A DNA stretch of 35,943 nt from a virus (lineage: Duplodnaviria > Caudoviricetes): the IMG/VR virus record IMGVR_UViG_3300032219_000995, positions 1-35,943 of that record, one strand, 5' to 3'. The first letter of the stretch is position 1. Each line of letters begins with the position of its first letter. Positions 25,209 through 34,168 of this stretch are shown piece after piece. Position numbers and translations under genes: made by a program. The notes beneath the pieces were generated by a model. The model saw only the letters and a list, made by a program, of their open reading frames with translations. It had not been told where the DNA came from and did not search any database.

Positions 25209-27465
25209 ACTGGCTGACAAACTGCACAAGTTATCAGAGCACGAGCAGGTTGCTGTCGCCGCTAGAATCAAATGGCTTGCTGGTGCGCATAAGTATCAAG
25301 TCCCTCCACCGCTTGAGGTGGACTACACAGTATGGATGATGCTTGCAGGGCGGGGAGCGGGGAAGACCAGAAGCGCTGCTGAAGCCCTTTGGTGGTGGGC
25401 ATGGACTCACCCAGAGTCACGATGCCTAGTGCTGGCTCCTACATCTAATGACGTGAAGTTCACCTGTATGGAAGGTCAGTCAGGATTGCTGTCTGTAATC
25501 CCGCAGGCTCTTATCAAGGACTACAACAAGCAAGACCACCAAATCATCCTGACGAACGGGTCTAGCATCCGTGGTATCTCAGGGGACTCATACGAGCGTC
25601 TACGGGGGCCACAGTTCCACTTCGCCTGGTGCTGCCTTGGCGGAACAGGAATCTTGCTTCCTGATGGCTCTGAGAAGCCTATAGAGCAGGTTAGCATCGG
25701 CGATGTAGTTCAAACTCGACACGGCCCTAGAAAGGTACTAGCCGCAGGAGTCTCTGGTAACACCAATGAGTTGGCAACCATTACTGTTGGGTCAACGCGA
25801 TTGACCACGACTATTGACCACCCTATACTTATTGATAATCGCTGGGTTAATGCCGGTGATATCAAAATCGGAGATAGGGTATGGATAAGGTCAAATACGA
25901 CGGAGTCACTTGGCACAAAAGACCAAGCGGTCATTTCCACAATAAGCGCCGAGGGTATTTGCACAGATACATCTGGGAGCAAGCCAACGGAAGCATTCCT
26001 AGCGGATACGTCGTACATCACAAAAATCACGATGCCGAAGACAATCGGCTCGAGAATCTGGAATGCATGTCTGCGCACGAGCACATGGTTCACCACGCTA
26101 CTGGGCGCGCCACATCGGATGCTCAGAAGAGCGCTGCGTCAGCAGGAATGCGGAATAGGTGGAGTGCCCGACCATTCAAGCCCTGCGTCTGCAAACAGTG
26201 TGGCAACGAGTTTGAATCCAGAGCCGTTACACCAAGAGCGTTCTGCTCTTCAGAATGTACAGAGCGATGGCGCTCCAATGCATTCGTTCCAGAGGTGCGA
26301 AAGTGTGAGTGGTGTAGTGTTGAATACACCGCAGTCAAGCGAGTTCAACGATATTGCAGCAAGTCCTGCCGATGCAAAGCCTTTGGAAAGATTCCAGCCA
26401 GAGTTCCAGATGGCGGAGGTCGTCAGCGTCGAAAGGTCTCCGAATCAAACAACCTATAACCTAACCGTCGAGGGCGAACACGAGTTTGTTGCCAACGGCA
26501 TCGTGGTTCACAACTGTGACGAGCTAGCAGCCTTCCAGTACTTGAGAGACGCATGGGACATGATGATGTTCGGTCTGCGTCTAGGTGAACAGCCGAGAGT
26601 TATTGTTACTACTACGCCGAAGCCTAAAGACCTAATCCTTGAGTTAGTAGATAGGGAAGACTGCATCGTCGACCGAGCATCGACCTATGAGAACATCAAG
26701 AACCTTGCGCCGTCCTTTGCACAGCAGCTAGAACAATATAAAGGCACGAAGCTCTATGAGCAGGAAGTCCTCGGTCAGATTGTCGACCTCGAGGATGGCA
26801 AGGTGGTCAGCCGTGACATGTTCCGCCTGTGGCCTGCTGGTAAGCCCTTTCCAAAGTTCGAGTTTATTGTCCAGTCTTACGATTGCGCGTTCAGCGAGAA
26901 GACTCACAACGACCCGACAGCCTGCACGACGTGGGGCGTGTTCAAACCTCTTGATGGCCCGATGTCTGTATTACTGATTGACTGCTGGGCTGAACACCTG
27001 TCGTTTCCTAACCTCAAACCTAAAGTGATTGAAGAGTTCAGGGTGTCGTACGGTGAGGGCAAGGACGCGAAGAAGCCCGACCTGATTCTGGTTGAGGATA
27101 AGGCCGCTGGCATCTCTCTCATCCAGGAACTTCAGAAAGCCCACCTGCCTGTGCGTTCATATAATCCTGGCCGCGCCGATAAAATGCAGCGCCTGCAAAT
27201 CGCTGCAGCTATCTTCGCCGCTGGACGAGTGTGGTTGCCTGAATCCCAAAACAGGAAGGGATTCGTCAGAGACTGGTGCGAGGGCTTCCTCAGCCAGATT
27301 TGTAGCTTCCCTGATTCAGAGCATGACGATTATGTAGACTCTGCATCACAAGCCGTTAGATTGTTGAAAGATATGGGGTTCCTTGATATAGACCCCGAGC
27401 CGAGATACGATGACGATGATTTAGTTGATGCTAAACCCGCAAAGGTGAATCCATATGCCATCTAA
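25201..27465 (+). CDS. terL: Terminase large subunit, intein-containing
   Basis: Walker A 'AGRGAGKT', Walker B restored as FHFAW/CDELAA after splicing, coupling motif 'VTTTPK', nuclease motifs 'SYDCA', 'VEDKAAG', 'HDDYVD'. Non-ATG start, position uncertain. Confidence 0.95.
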   Translation: MIELADKLHKLSEHEQVAVAARIKWLAGAHKYQVPPPLEVDYTVWMMLAGRGAGKTRSAAEALWWWAWTHPESRCLVLAPTSNDVKFTCMEGQSGLLSVIPQALIKDYNKQDHQIILTNGSSIRGISGDSYERLRGPQFHFAWCCLGGTGILLPDGSEKPIEQVSIGDVVQTRHGPRKVLAAGVSGNTNELATITVGSTRLTTTIDHPILIDNRWVNAGDIKIGDRVWIRSNTTESLGTKDQAVISTISAEGICTDTSGSKPTEAFLADTSYITKITMPKTIGSRIWNACLRTSTWFTTLLGAPHRMLRRALRQQECGIGGVPDHSSPASANSVATSLNPEPLHQERSALQNVQSDGAPMHSFQRCESVSGVVLNTPQSSEFNDIAASPADAKPLERFQPEFQMAEVVSVERSPNQTTYNLTVEGEHEFVANGIVVHNCDELAAFQYLRDAWDMMMFGLRLGEQPRVIVTTTPKPKDLILELVDREDCIVDRASTYENIKNLAPSFAQQLEQYKGTKLYEQEVLGQIVDLEDGKVVSRDMFRLWPAGKPFPKFEFIVQSYDCAFSEKTHNDPTACTTWGVFKPLDGPMSVLLIDCWAEHLSFPNLKPKVIEEFRVSYGEGKDAKKPDLILVEDKAAGISLIQELQKAHLPVRSYNPGRADKMQRLQIAAAIFAAGRVWLPESQNRKGFVRDWCEGFLSQICSFPDSEHDDYVDSASQAVRLLKDMGFLDIDPEPRYDDDDLVDAKPAKVNPYAI
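25630..26514 (+). mobile_element. Intein (295 aa) in the TerL Walker B motif
   Basis: Block A 'CCLGGTGILLPDGSEKPIEQV.IGD.V', block B 'TIDHPIL', block F 'TYNLTVEGEHEFVANG', block G 'VVHN' followed by the +1 Cys. Confidence 0.95.
25881..26459 (+). CDS. HNH homing endonuclease with Cys4 zinc-finger repeats, overprinted inside the intein
   Basis: 'YLHRYIWE...G.IP.GYVVHHKNH...DNRLENLE' HNH core and two CxxC...[FY]CSxxC repeats. Own GGAG RBS and ATG. In the -1 frame relative to terL. Confidence 0.9.
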   Translation: MDKVKYDGVTWHKRPSGHFHNKRRGYLHRYIWEQANGSIPSGYVVHHKNHDAEDNRLENLECMSAHEHMVHHATGRATSDAQKSAASAGMRNRWSARPFKPCVCKQCGNEFESRAVTPRAFCSSECTERWRSNAFVPEVRKCEWCSVEYTAVKRVQRYCSKSCRCKAFGKIPARVPDGGGRQRRKVSESNNL

Positions 27466-27634
27466 TAAGCCAGTCTGGGATAAAGCCCGGCCCAAATCAC
27501 TCGGTGAATCAAAGCCGCTGAGTCCTAAACAGAAGTCGTCCGCAAAGGCCATGGCTAAGTCTGCTGGCCGACCATATCCAAACCTAGTCGACAATATGCG
27601 CGTTGCTAAACGTGGCTCTGGTCGCGGGCGGTAA
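27455..27634 (+). CDS. Small basic protein
   Basis: MPSNKPVWDKARPKSLG...AKSAGRPYPNLVDNM... (59 aa, manual translation). Fills the gap after terL. Confidence 0.7.
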   Translation: MPSNKPVWDKARPKSLGESKPLSPKQKSSAKAMAKSAGRPYPNLVDNMRVAKRGSGRGR

Positions 27635-27636
27635 TC

Positions 27637-29292
27637 ATGCCTACCAAGGAGCAGTTGTTAAACGAGTACCTACTAGCCGCCATGGATAGTGGCAAGGTTA
27701 GGATGAAGTCGCCCAAAGCAGGTAAGGGCGGCGAGGCTCTGATGACTGCTGCTGAGAACGTCCTGCCGTTTGTCAGTGCCGCTAAGTCTGCCCTAGAGGG
27801 TGACTACAGAAACGCGATGATTCAAGCCGGCCTAGACGTAGCCCTGCCGCCCGCTGTAAAGGGCGCTGCTGCATTGAGCGGTAAGTTCCTAGCCCCTATG
27901 CTTGCTGGGGCCTTGTCTCCCAAAATGAGTAAGGCGGAATCAATAGCTGCTGGCCTGTATCACGACATTGGCGGCGGATTGAAACTGCAGAAGCCTGTAA
28001 GTGAGGTACAGGTCAAAGTCAAGGAAGACCCCAAGGTCAATATGATTGAGCGCAAGACCATCAGCCCCGAGAGTATGCAGGGTGGTGTTGCGTTCCCTCT
28101 GGTTGGTGACCGCTCTGCCGCTGGTCGTATCTTAGAGGAGTTGGAAGGTGCGCCAGTCAATGTACGTCTAGAGGGTGGGCCAGAGTTCATGCGCGCTAAT
28201 CCCGGCATGGCTTGGGCATCTGGTAAGGGCGTTTTAAAATCTTTGTCTGACCGAGTTCGCCAAGGCGCAGAGTCTGGCGGTGACGTGTATGGCGTATATA
28301 CCGCCATGGGTCCGCAGTCAGTGGACTTCAACACAATGGTGACTGAGGCTCTGCTTAAACAGCTTGATATCAATGCATTGCGCAAGAAAGATATTCAAGC
28401 ATTTGACCGCGCCGTTCGCTCAATCAAAGGTCAGGGCGGTAAGTTTAAGGCTCCTGATTTTCCTGGCATTGAAAATCCAGAGATTCATTCTCTTTTGATG
28501 GAAGGCCCAGGTGGTCAAAGAGACGCCTTTGTTAAGGCAATGGGCAAGGCTCAGTTCCAGAAGTCTGGATTCCCTGATGTGATTGCTGCCCGCGTGGGTG
28601 TTACTGACCCTGCATTGTTAGATATACCGCGAGGGTCTTCTGGATTCACGGTTGCCAAGATGGACCCTGCTGGCCGCGTGCTTGAAGAGTCTGGGCATAC
28701 GACATACCCGTTTGACCTTGCTGGTGAATACGTCGGTGGATTTGAACGTCAGATTCCGCACGACATTATGTTTCATGACCCAATTGAAGCAAAACGTATT
28801 CTAGGTTCAACTGCCACTGGCGCGCATAAATCTTTGGAGTTAAATGCGCCCCTGCAATATCTTGACCAAGAGTGGCTTGACCGCGTAATGAAGTATTTGG
28901 AAAACCAAAAAGGTCTGGAGCAGTTGAAGGCTAAAGGCGGCAAGGTTGAAGCCAACGCATTTCCGTATGGCCTGCGTCACGACTCTGAGCTGCCAAAGGG
29001 CAAGGGATACTTCGGCCCGATGACAACCTCATCTGGTGACGTTATGACCGAGTACTCATCGTCTGATGATGCTGGGGACTACCCGCTAGTTGTTCCTACT
29101 TTGACCGCGGATGAGATTAGAACTCTCCTATCAAACGGCGAACTCACAGAGCAAATGTTGGAGAAAGCCCAAGGCTGGGCAGATGCTAGACGCAAGATGG
29201 GCAAGAGTCCGTTTGCTGGCAGCGATGAACTTCGGTTGCCGGTTCCTAAGAAAGCGGGCGGCTCCACTACTAAATCAGTAAAGAAGAGGTAA
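27637..29292 (+). CDS. Modular hypothetical protein, possibly virion-packaged
   Basis: 551 aa with three segments separated by K-x-GG linkers. C-terminal module 'YGLR.D...KGKGYFG...MTEYS...PL.VPTL...A...A..R...GKSPF'. Confidence 0.7.
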   Translation: MPTKEQLLNEYLLAAMDSGKVRMKSPKAGKGGEALMTAAENVLPFVSAAKSALEGDYRNAMIQAGLDVALPPAVKGAAALSGKFLAPMLAGALSPKMSKAESIAAGLYHDIGGGLKLQKPVSEVQVKVKEDPKVNMIERKTISPESMQGGVAFPLVGDRSAAGRILEELEGAPVNVRLEGGPEFMRANPGMAWASGKGVLKSLSDRVRQGAESGGDVYGVYTAMGPQSVDFNTMVTEALLKQLDINALRKKDIQAFDRAVRSIKGQGGKFKAPDFPGIENPEIHSLLMEGPGGQRDAFVKAMGKAQFQKSGFPDVIAARVGVTDPALLDIPRGSSGFTVAKMDPAGRVLEESGHTTYPFDLAGEYVGGFERQIPHDIMFHDPIEAKRILGSTATGAHKSLELNAPLQYLDQEWLDRVMKYLENQKGLEQLKAKGGKVEANAFPYGLRHDSELPKGKGYFGPMTTSSGDVMTEYSSSDDAGDYPLVVPTLTADEIRTLLSNGELTEQMLEKAQGWADARRKMGKSPFAGSDELRLPVPKKAGGSTTKSVKKR

Positions 29293-29295
29293 CGA

Positions 29296-31839
29296 ATGGC
29301 TGAAGAGTTTCCTATCGACCCGAATTATGGTCGTTTCGTTGATGGCATTAAGCCTACTGAAGACGGCGGTGCTGAGGTTGAGCTGCCTGATGACATGAGC
29401 GACATTGAGGAGCTGCCAGACGGTTCTGCCGTGGTTAACCTTGAGCCGGAGTTCACTGGGCCTAGTGATGACGAGGACTTCTACGAGAACCTCGCTGAGA
29501 CCTTTGACCCGTTTGAACTTGACAAGGTAGCCATGCGCTACGTTGATTTGATTGAGAAGGACAAAGAGGCGAGGAAGCAGCGTGATAAACAGTATGAAGA
29601 AGGTCTCAAGAGAACAGGTCTTGGCAATGATGCGCCCGGCGGAGCGATGTTCCAAGGTGCGTCAAAAGTCGTCCACCCTGTCATGGCGGAGGCATGCGTT
29701 GACTTTGCCGCCCGGGCATCAAAGGAGTTGTTTCCGCCAGATGGCCCAACGCGTACAAAGATTATTGGCGAAGTCACGGACGAAAAGACGGAAGTAGCCG
29801 AGCGCAAGCGCGATTACATGAACTGGCAGTTGACCGAGCAGATTGAAGAGTTCAAAGACGAACTTGACCAGATGCTGACCCAACTGCCGCTCGGTGGTAG
29901 CCAGTACATGAAGCTCTGGTACGACGACAAGAAGCGTCGACCGTGTGCTGAGTTTGTGCCGATTGACAACATTATCCTGCCGTTCGCCGCGACTAACTTC
30001 TATACAGCGCAGCGCGCAACCGAGATGCAAGACATCACGGAATGGGAGATGGAGCAGCGGATTGCCTCTGGCCTCTATCGCGACATCAATATGATTCGCG
30101 CCACCATGGAGCCGGAAGAAACCGGCCCGATGAAGGCCAACAACAAGATTGAAGGCAAGCAATACCAAGACGGCATTGATGGCCTGCGCCGCGTCTATCA
30201 CGTGTACACCTATCTGTCGTTTGATGAAGACAGCTACACGAAGGGCGAGTCAGCGCCGTACATCCTGATGATTGATGAGCTTGAGAACGAGGTCATCGGT
30301 CTTTATAGAAACTGGGAAAACGGCGACGAATCCATGAACCGTCTGGATTGGATTGTCGAGTTCAAATTCATTCCATGGCGAGGCGCTTATGCAATCGGTC
30401 TACCGCATCTTATTGGGGGGCTTAGTGCTGCCCTTACTGGCTCTCTGCGGGCTTTGCTTGATAGCGCTCATATCAATAATGCCGCGACCATGCTCAAGCT
30501 CAAGGGCGCTAAGGTTTCCGGGCAGTCTCAGCAGGTCGAAGTAACCCAGATTGCTGAAATTGAAGCAGCGCCAGGCGTTGACGACATCCGTAAGGTCGCA
30601 ATGCCGATGCCGTTCAATCCGCCGTCTGCTGTCCTGTTCCAGATGCTGGGATGGCTCACAGAAGCCGCCAAAGGCGTTGTAACGACTTCTGAAGAGAAGA
30701 TTGCTGATGCCACTAGCCAGATGCCTGTCGGCACAGCACAGGCGCTTATAGAGCAGGGCGCAGCGGTGTTCTCTAGCATCCACGCCCGACTGCATGACTC
30801 GCAACATCGCCTGCTGAAGATTCTGCAACGGATTAACCGCTGGTACCTAGATGAACAGCGCAAGGGTGATGTCGTTGCTGAGCTGCCGATTAAGCGCGAT
30901 GACTTCAAGCGCAATACAGACGTTATTCCAGTCTCTGACCCGCACATCTTCTCTGAGGCTCAGCGTGTAGCGCAGGCTCAAGCGGTTCTTCAGTTGGCCC
31001 AACAGTTCCCGATGCTGATTGACCCGAAGGTCGCGGTCGGTCGGATTCTGAAACAGTTGAAGGTGCCGAACGTCAATGAGCTGATGCCGAACGCTGGCAA
31101 GGCTCAAGAGCGCAACGCTGCAGAAGAGAACGCCGCCATGACTCTGGGGCAGTCTGCTTTCGCGTATCCGCGTCAGGACCATCTGGCGCACATCATGACG
31201 CACCTGAACTACGCGATGGACCCGAACCTAGGGGCAAGCCGCCTGATGGCTCCGCGCTTCATCCCGCAGGCTCTGGAGCACATTAAACAGCACATGCTGC
31301 TCTGGTACACGCAGACGATGGAGAAGTACGCCACGCCTGATGCGCCGAACATGAAACTCGGTAAGTACGAAGACACCAAGTTTGCTAAAGAGATTGACCG
31401 CGCGATGGCTATGGCGTCTGAGCACGTCAAGCTGGATACCCAGCAGACGTTCACTCAGGTGACTGCGATGGTTGGCCAGTTGGGCGAGATGATGAAGCAG
31501 TTCCAGCCGCAGCCGCCGATGGATGCTGAATCGCAAGCCGTCCTACAAGCTTCGATGGCTGAGACCCAGCGTAGAGCGCAGCGTGACCAAGCCGACATGG
31601 CTCTGCAGAACCAGAAGCTACAACTTGATGCCGCAATGGAATCCCAGCGCATGCAGGCTGAGAACCAGCGGAATCTAATGGACCGTCAGATTGAGGTGGC
31701 TATGAACGCCGAGAACAATCTGACCAAGGAACGCATGGCTGCCGCCGATTTGACAATTGAGGAAGCCAAGTTGCGTAAGGAGCAGTACGAAACTGCTGTT
31801 GGTTTGAATAACGCTATTCAGCGTGATTTGGGGGTGTGA
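29296..31839 (+). CDS. Portal protein (P22-like, long helical C-terminal barrel)
   Basis: 847 aa. 'GASKVVHP..AEACVDF.ARA..ELFP..GP', 'YMNWQL', 'LPLGGSQ..K' and a Gln-rich coiled-coil tail. Lies between terL and scaffold. Confidence 0.88.
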   Translation: MAEEFPIDPNYGRFVDGIKPTEDGGAEVELPDDMSDIEELPDGSAVVNLEPEFTGPSDDEDFYENLAETFDPFELDKVAMRYVDLIEKDKEARKQRDKQYEEGLKRTGLGNDAPGGAMFQGASKVVHPVMAEACVDFAARASKELFPPDGPTRTKIIGEVTDEKTEVAERKRDYMNWQLTEQIEEFKDELDQMLTQLPLGGSQYMKLWYDDKKRRPCAEFVPIDNIILPFAATNFYTAQRATEMQDITEWEMEQRIASGLYRDINMIRATMEPEETGPMKANNKIEGKQYQDGIDGLRRVYHVYTYLSFDEDSYTKGESAPYILMIDELENEVIGLYRNWENGDESMNRLDWIVEFKFIPWRGAYAIGLPHLIGGLSAALTGSLRALLDSAHINNAATMLKLKGAKVSGQSQQVEVTQIAEIEAAPGVDDIRKVAMPMPFNPPSAVLFQMLGWLTEAAKGVVTTSEEKIADATSQMPVGTAQALIEQGAAVFSSIHARLHDSQHRLLKILQRINRWYLDEQRKGDVVAELPIKRDDFKRNTDVIPVSDPHIFSEAQRVAQAQAVLQLAQQFPMLIDPKVAVGRILKQLKVPNVNELMPNAGKAQERNAAEENAAMTLGQSAFAYPRQDHLAHIMTHLNYAMDPNLGASRLMAPRFIPQALEHIKQHMLLWYTQTMEKYATPDAPNMKLGKYEDTKFAKEIDRAMAMASEHVKLDTQQTFTQVTAMVGQLGEMMKQFQPQPPMDAESQAVLQASMAETQRRAQRDQADMALQNQKLQLDAAMESQRMQAENQRNLMDRQIEVAMNAENNLTKERMAAADLTIEEAKLRKEQYETAVGLNNAIQRDLGV

Positions 31840-31840
31840 T

Positions 31841-32020
31841 ATGGCAATTGATGTCAAGCAAGAACAAAGCGAAGAAGTGAAGCAGCATCACCGCATGGCC
31901 GCTGGCGCTTGGATTGAGGGCGACGCCCTTCAAGAGCGTGGCTCTGCAACCATGCCCGAGGCTAACTCGGACCATGGCAAGTTTGAGAGCGGTAAGGGCA
32001 TTGATAAAAAGAATGCATGA
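31841..32020 (+). CDS. Small hypothetical protein
   Basis: ATG 1 nt after the portal stop. MAIDVKQEQSEEVKQHHRMAAG... Confidence 0.7.
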   Translation: MAIDVKQEQSEEVKQHHRMAAGAWIEGDALQERGSATMPEANSDHGKFESGKGIDKKNA

Positions 32021-32202
32021 AGTCTCTATCTGACCTCATAAGCGCTGTGAAAGCGCGTCAAGCCGAGATAGCCGTAAGCCTTGCGCGGGGAACTGCGGGA
32101 GACTTTGCGGCCTATCAACGCTTGGTGGGGGAATACACAGGGCTGGAAACAACCCTGACCATTATTGACAACCTGTTAAGGGAAGACGATGACTATGAAT
32201 GA
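32017..32202 (+). CDS. Small helical head-module protein
   Basis: 61 aa, 'L..G.A.DF..YQRLVGEY.GL'. Directly precedes GroES. Confidence 0.75.
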   Translation: MKSLSDLISAVKARQAEIAVSLARGTAGDFAAYQRLVGEYTGLETTLTIIDNLLREDDDYE

Positions 32203-32617
32203 GCCGGTAGCGTGTAATGACGCTGATTTGCGGGATGCTTTTCCTGCTGTAGACCCCGGTGCTAAGCCTCTTGGTGCGCGTATTTTGGTTCAACTGCGCC
32301 GCACTAAAAAGAAGACAACGAGTGCTGGGATTATTTTGGTAGAAGAAACCCGCGAAGCTGAGAAGTGGAACAACATGGTGGCCAAGGTTATTGAGATTGG
32401 CCCGTTGGCGTTCAAGAAGCGCGACACGATGGAACCGTGGCCCGAAGGCTCATGGTGTGAAGTGGGTGACTATCTGCGTGTACCTAAGTGGGGCGGTGAC
32501 CGCTGGGAGGTTGAAATCCCCGGTGAGGAAGAGCCTGCGCTGTTTATGGTGCTAAATGACCACGAAGTGATTGCAAAAATCACTGGTAACCCGTTGACTA
32601 TGAGGGCATTTGTATGA
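32189..32617 (+). CDS. groES: GroES-like co-chaperonin
   Basis: 'KPLGARILV......KTTSAGIIL', 'KVIEIGP', 'VGDY....KWGG', 'LNDHEVIA'. Start may be 32195. Confidence 0.88.
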   Translation: MTMNEPVACNDADLRDAFPAVDPGAKPLGARILVQLRRTKKKTTSAGIILVEETREAEKWNNMVAKVIEIGPLAFKKRDTMEPWPEGSWCEVGDYLRVPKWGGDRWEVEIPGEEEPALFMVLNDHEVIAKITGNPLTMRAFV

Positions 32618-33600
32618 GTGACGTTAAGGATGATTTGCAAAGCCTGGCCGTCGTAGAAGAAAAAGACGGTTCGGCAACGATTGATTTGCCTGATGGTATG
32701 GATAATCCCCAGGCAGAAGAAGAAAAAGAGGAAGTTGAGGCTGCTGAGCAAGATAATCAGCAAGATTCTCAAGATAATGAAGACTATCCTGACGATAGTG
32801 ATGCCGTTCGTGAGCAAAAGCGCCTAAAGCGTCGTGCTCGCAAGGAATATCACAAGCAAGTTCAGACTGCTGAGAAGGCTGAATTGCAGCTATTGCGTCG
32901 TCAGGTGTCAGAAATGGCCGAAAAGATGGCTGTTCAAGAGAAAAAGTCTCTTGCATCCGATTTTGCGCGCCTTGATAAGACAATTGAAGACCAGCGTGCC
33001 CGTATTAACTTTGCCAAATCAAAAATTGCTGAGGCAACGAATAATCAAGACGGCGAATTGCTGGCTTCTGCTCAAGAAATGTGGTTTGAATCGCGTCGCA
33101 ACCTAGAAGTTTTGGAAGCAGCGAAGAAACGGCAGATTCAACAGCAAGAAAGCCCGGTCCAAACTGCTGCAGACCCTGTATTGCAGCGTCATGCAAGCGA
33201 ATGGATGGCCCGAAACTCTTGGTATAACCCTGCCGATAATAATCCTGACGTAAAAGTGGCGTTGACGATTGACCAAGCCCTTGCAGAAGAGGGTTGGGAC
33301 CCGCGTAGTGCTGATTATTGGGACGAATTGGATAATCGCTTGCAAAAATACCTACCACATCGGTATACTACTGATGTAGTTGAGAAATCTACGCAACGCC
33401 GACCGAGGAATGTCGTGACTGGTTCAGGTAGAGAAAGCGTTTCAAATAGTGGCAGCGGTGGGCGCAATACTTTTACATTGTCGCCAGAACAAGTTCGCGC
33501 CATGAAAGATGCTGGCTTTTGGGATGACCCAGATAAACGAGCAAAAATGATTCGTCGTTATGCTCAAGAGGCACGTCAAAACAACGGTTATAGGGGTTAA
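32614..33600 (+). CDS. Capsid scaffolding protein
   Basis: 328 aa. Acidic N-terminus, long coiled coil, 'W..RNSWY', 'DYWDELD.R', 'LSPEQV'. Lies between portal and capsid. Confidence 0.7.
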   Translation: MSDVKDDLQSLAVVEEKDGSATIDLPDGMDNPQAEEEKEEVEAAEQDNQQDSQDNEDYPDDSDAVREQKRLKRRARKEYHKQVQTAEKAELQLLRRQVSEMAEKMAVQEKKSLASDFARLDKTIEDQRARINFAKSKIAEATNNQDGELLASAQEMWFESRRNLEVLEAAKKRQIQQQESPVQTAADPVLQRHASEWMARNSWYNPADNNPDVKVALTIDQALAEEGWDPRSADYWDELDNRLQKYLPHRYTTDVVEKSTQRRPRNVVTGSGRESVSNSGSGGRNTFTLSPEQVRAMKDAGFWDDPDKRAKMIRRYAQEARQNNGYRG

Positions 33601-33602
33601 AA

Positions 33603-34139
33603 ATGGATTCTCGTCTGAAGAAGTCTCTCTCTGCTGGTGGCCGTGAATCGCGAGCTAGTCTTGACTATGACCGCGCCGCTCCGGAGGAACAGTCTGCTCT
33701 GTCTGATGAACGTCGCAAGATGTGGAAGGATGAGTGGACACAAAGTGCGCTGCCCAATGCCCCGACTATTCCGGGGTGGCATCTTTGCTGGTTATCAACA
33801 ACCAACAGTTACGACAGTATTGATAAGCGAATCCGTCTTGGCTACGTTCCCGTGAAAGCGGATGAGTTGCCTGGCATGGAAAATAATCGCGTAAAAGCTG
33901 GCGAACATGTGGGTTTTATCGCGTGTAATGAAATGCTGCTGTACAAGATTCCTGAAGATATCTATCAGGACGTTATGGCTCATTTCCACCATGAAGCTCC
34001 GCTTGAAGAGGCGAACAAGATTCGCGTCCAAGCAGAACGAATCCATGGCCGCGATAGTTCAGGGCGCAACCTTGGACAAGTTGAAGGCGAAGGATTGGGC
34101 GATATTGATAAACCTCTTCCTGCACCTGCTTTCGTGTAG
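33603..34139 (+). CDS. Head-module hypothetical protein
   Basis: 178 aa, 'LP.AP.IPGWHLCWL...RIRLGY.PV...MLL.KIP'. Confidence 0.7.
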   Translation: MDSRLKKSLSAGGRESRASLDYDRAAPEEQSALSDERRKMWKDEWTQSALPNAPTIPGWHLCWLSTTNSYDSIDKRIRLGYVPVKADELPGMENNRVKAGEHVGFIACNEMLLYKIPEDIYQDVMAHFHHEAPLEEANKIRVQAERIHGRDSSGRNLGQVEGEGLGDIDKPLPAPAFV

Positions 34140-34168
34140 GGGAGAACCCAAACTTAAGGAGTTAGACC

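Noticed and set aside
25881-26459. Assembly error: an ordinary in-frame HNH intein broken by two compensating frameshifts
   Set aside because: The intein frame would not be expected to stay stop-free for 193 codons, and the HNH has its own well-spaced RBS and ATG. Raw reads would settle it.
25630-26514. Group I intron rather than intein
   Set aside because: The frame is continuous, with Cys1, TxxH and terminal His-Asn plus +1 Cys protein-splicing motifs. No group I core elements were seen.
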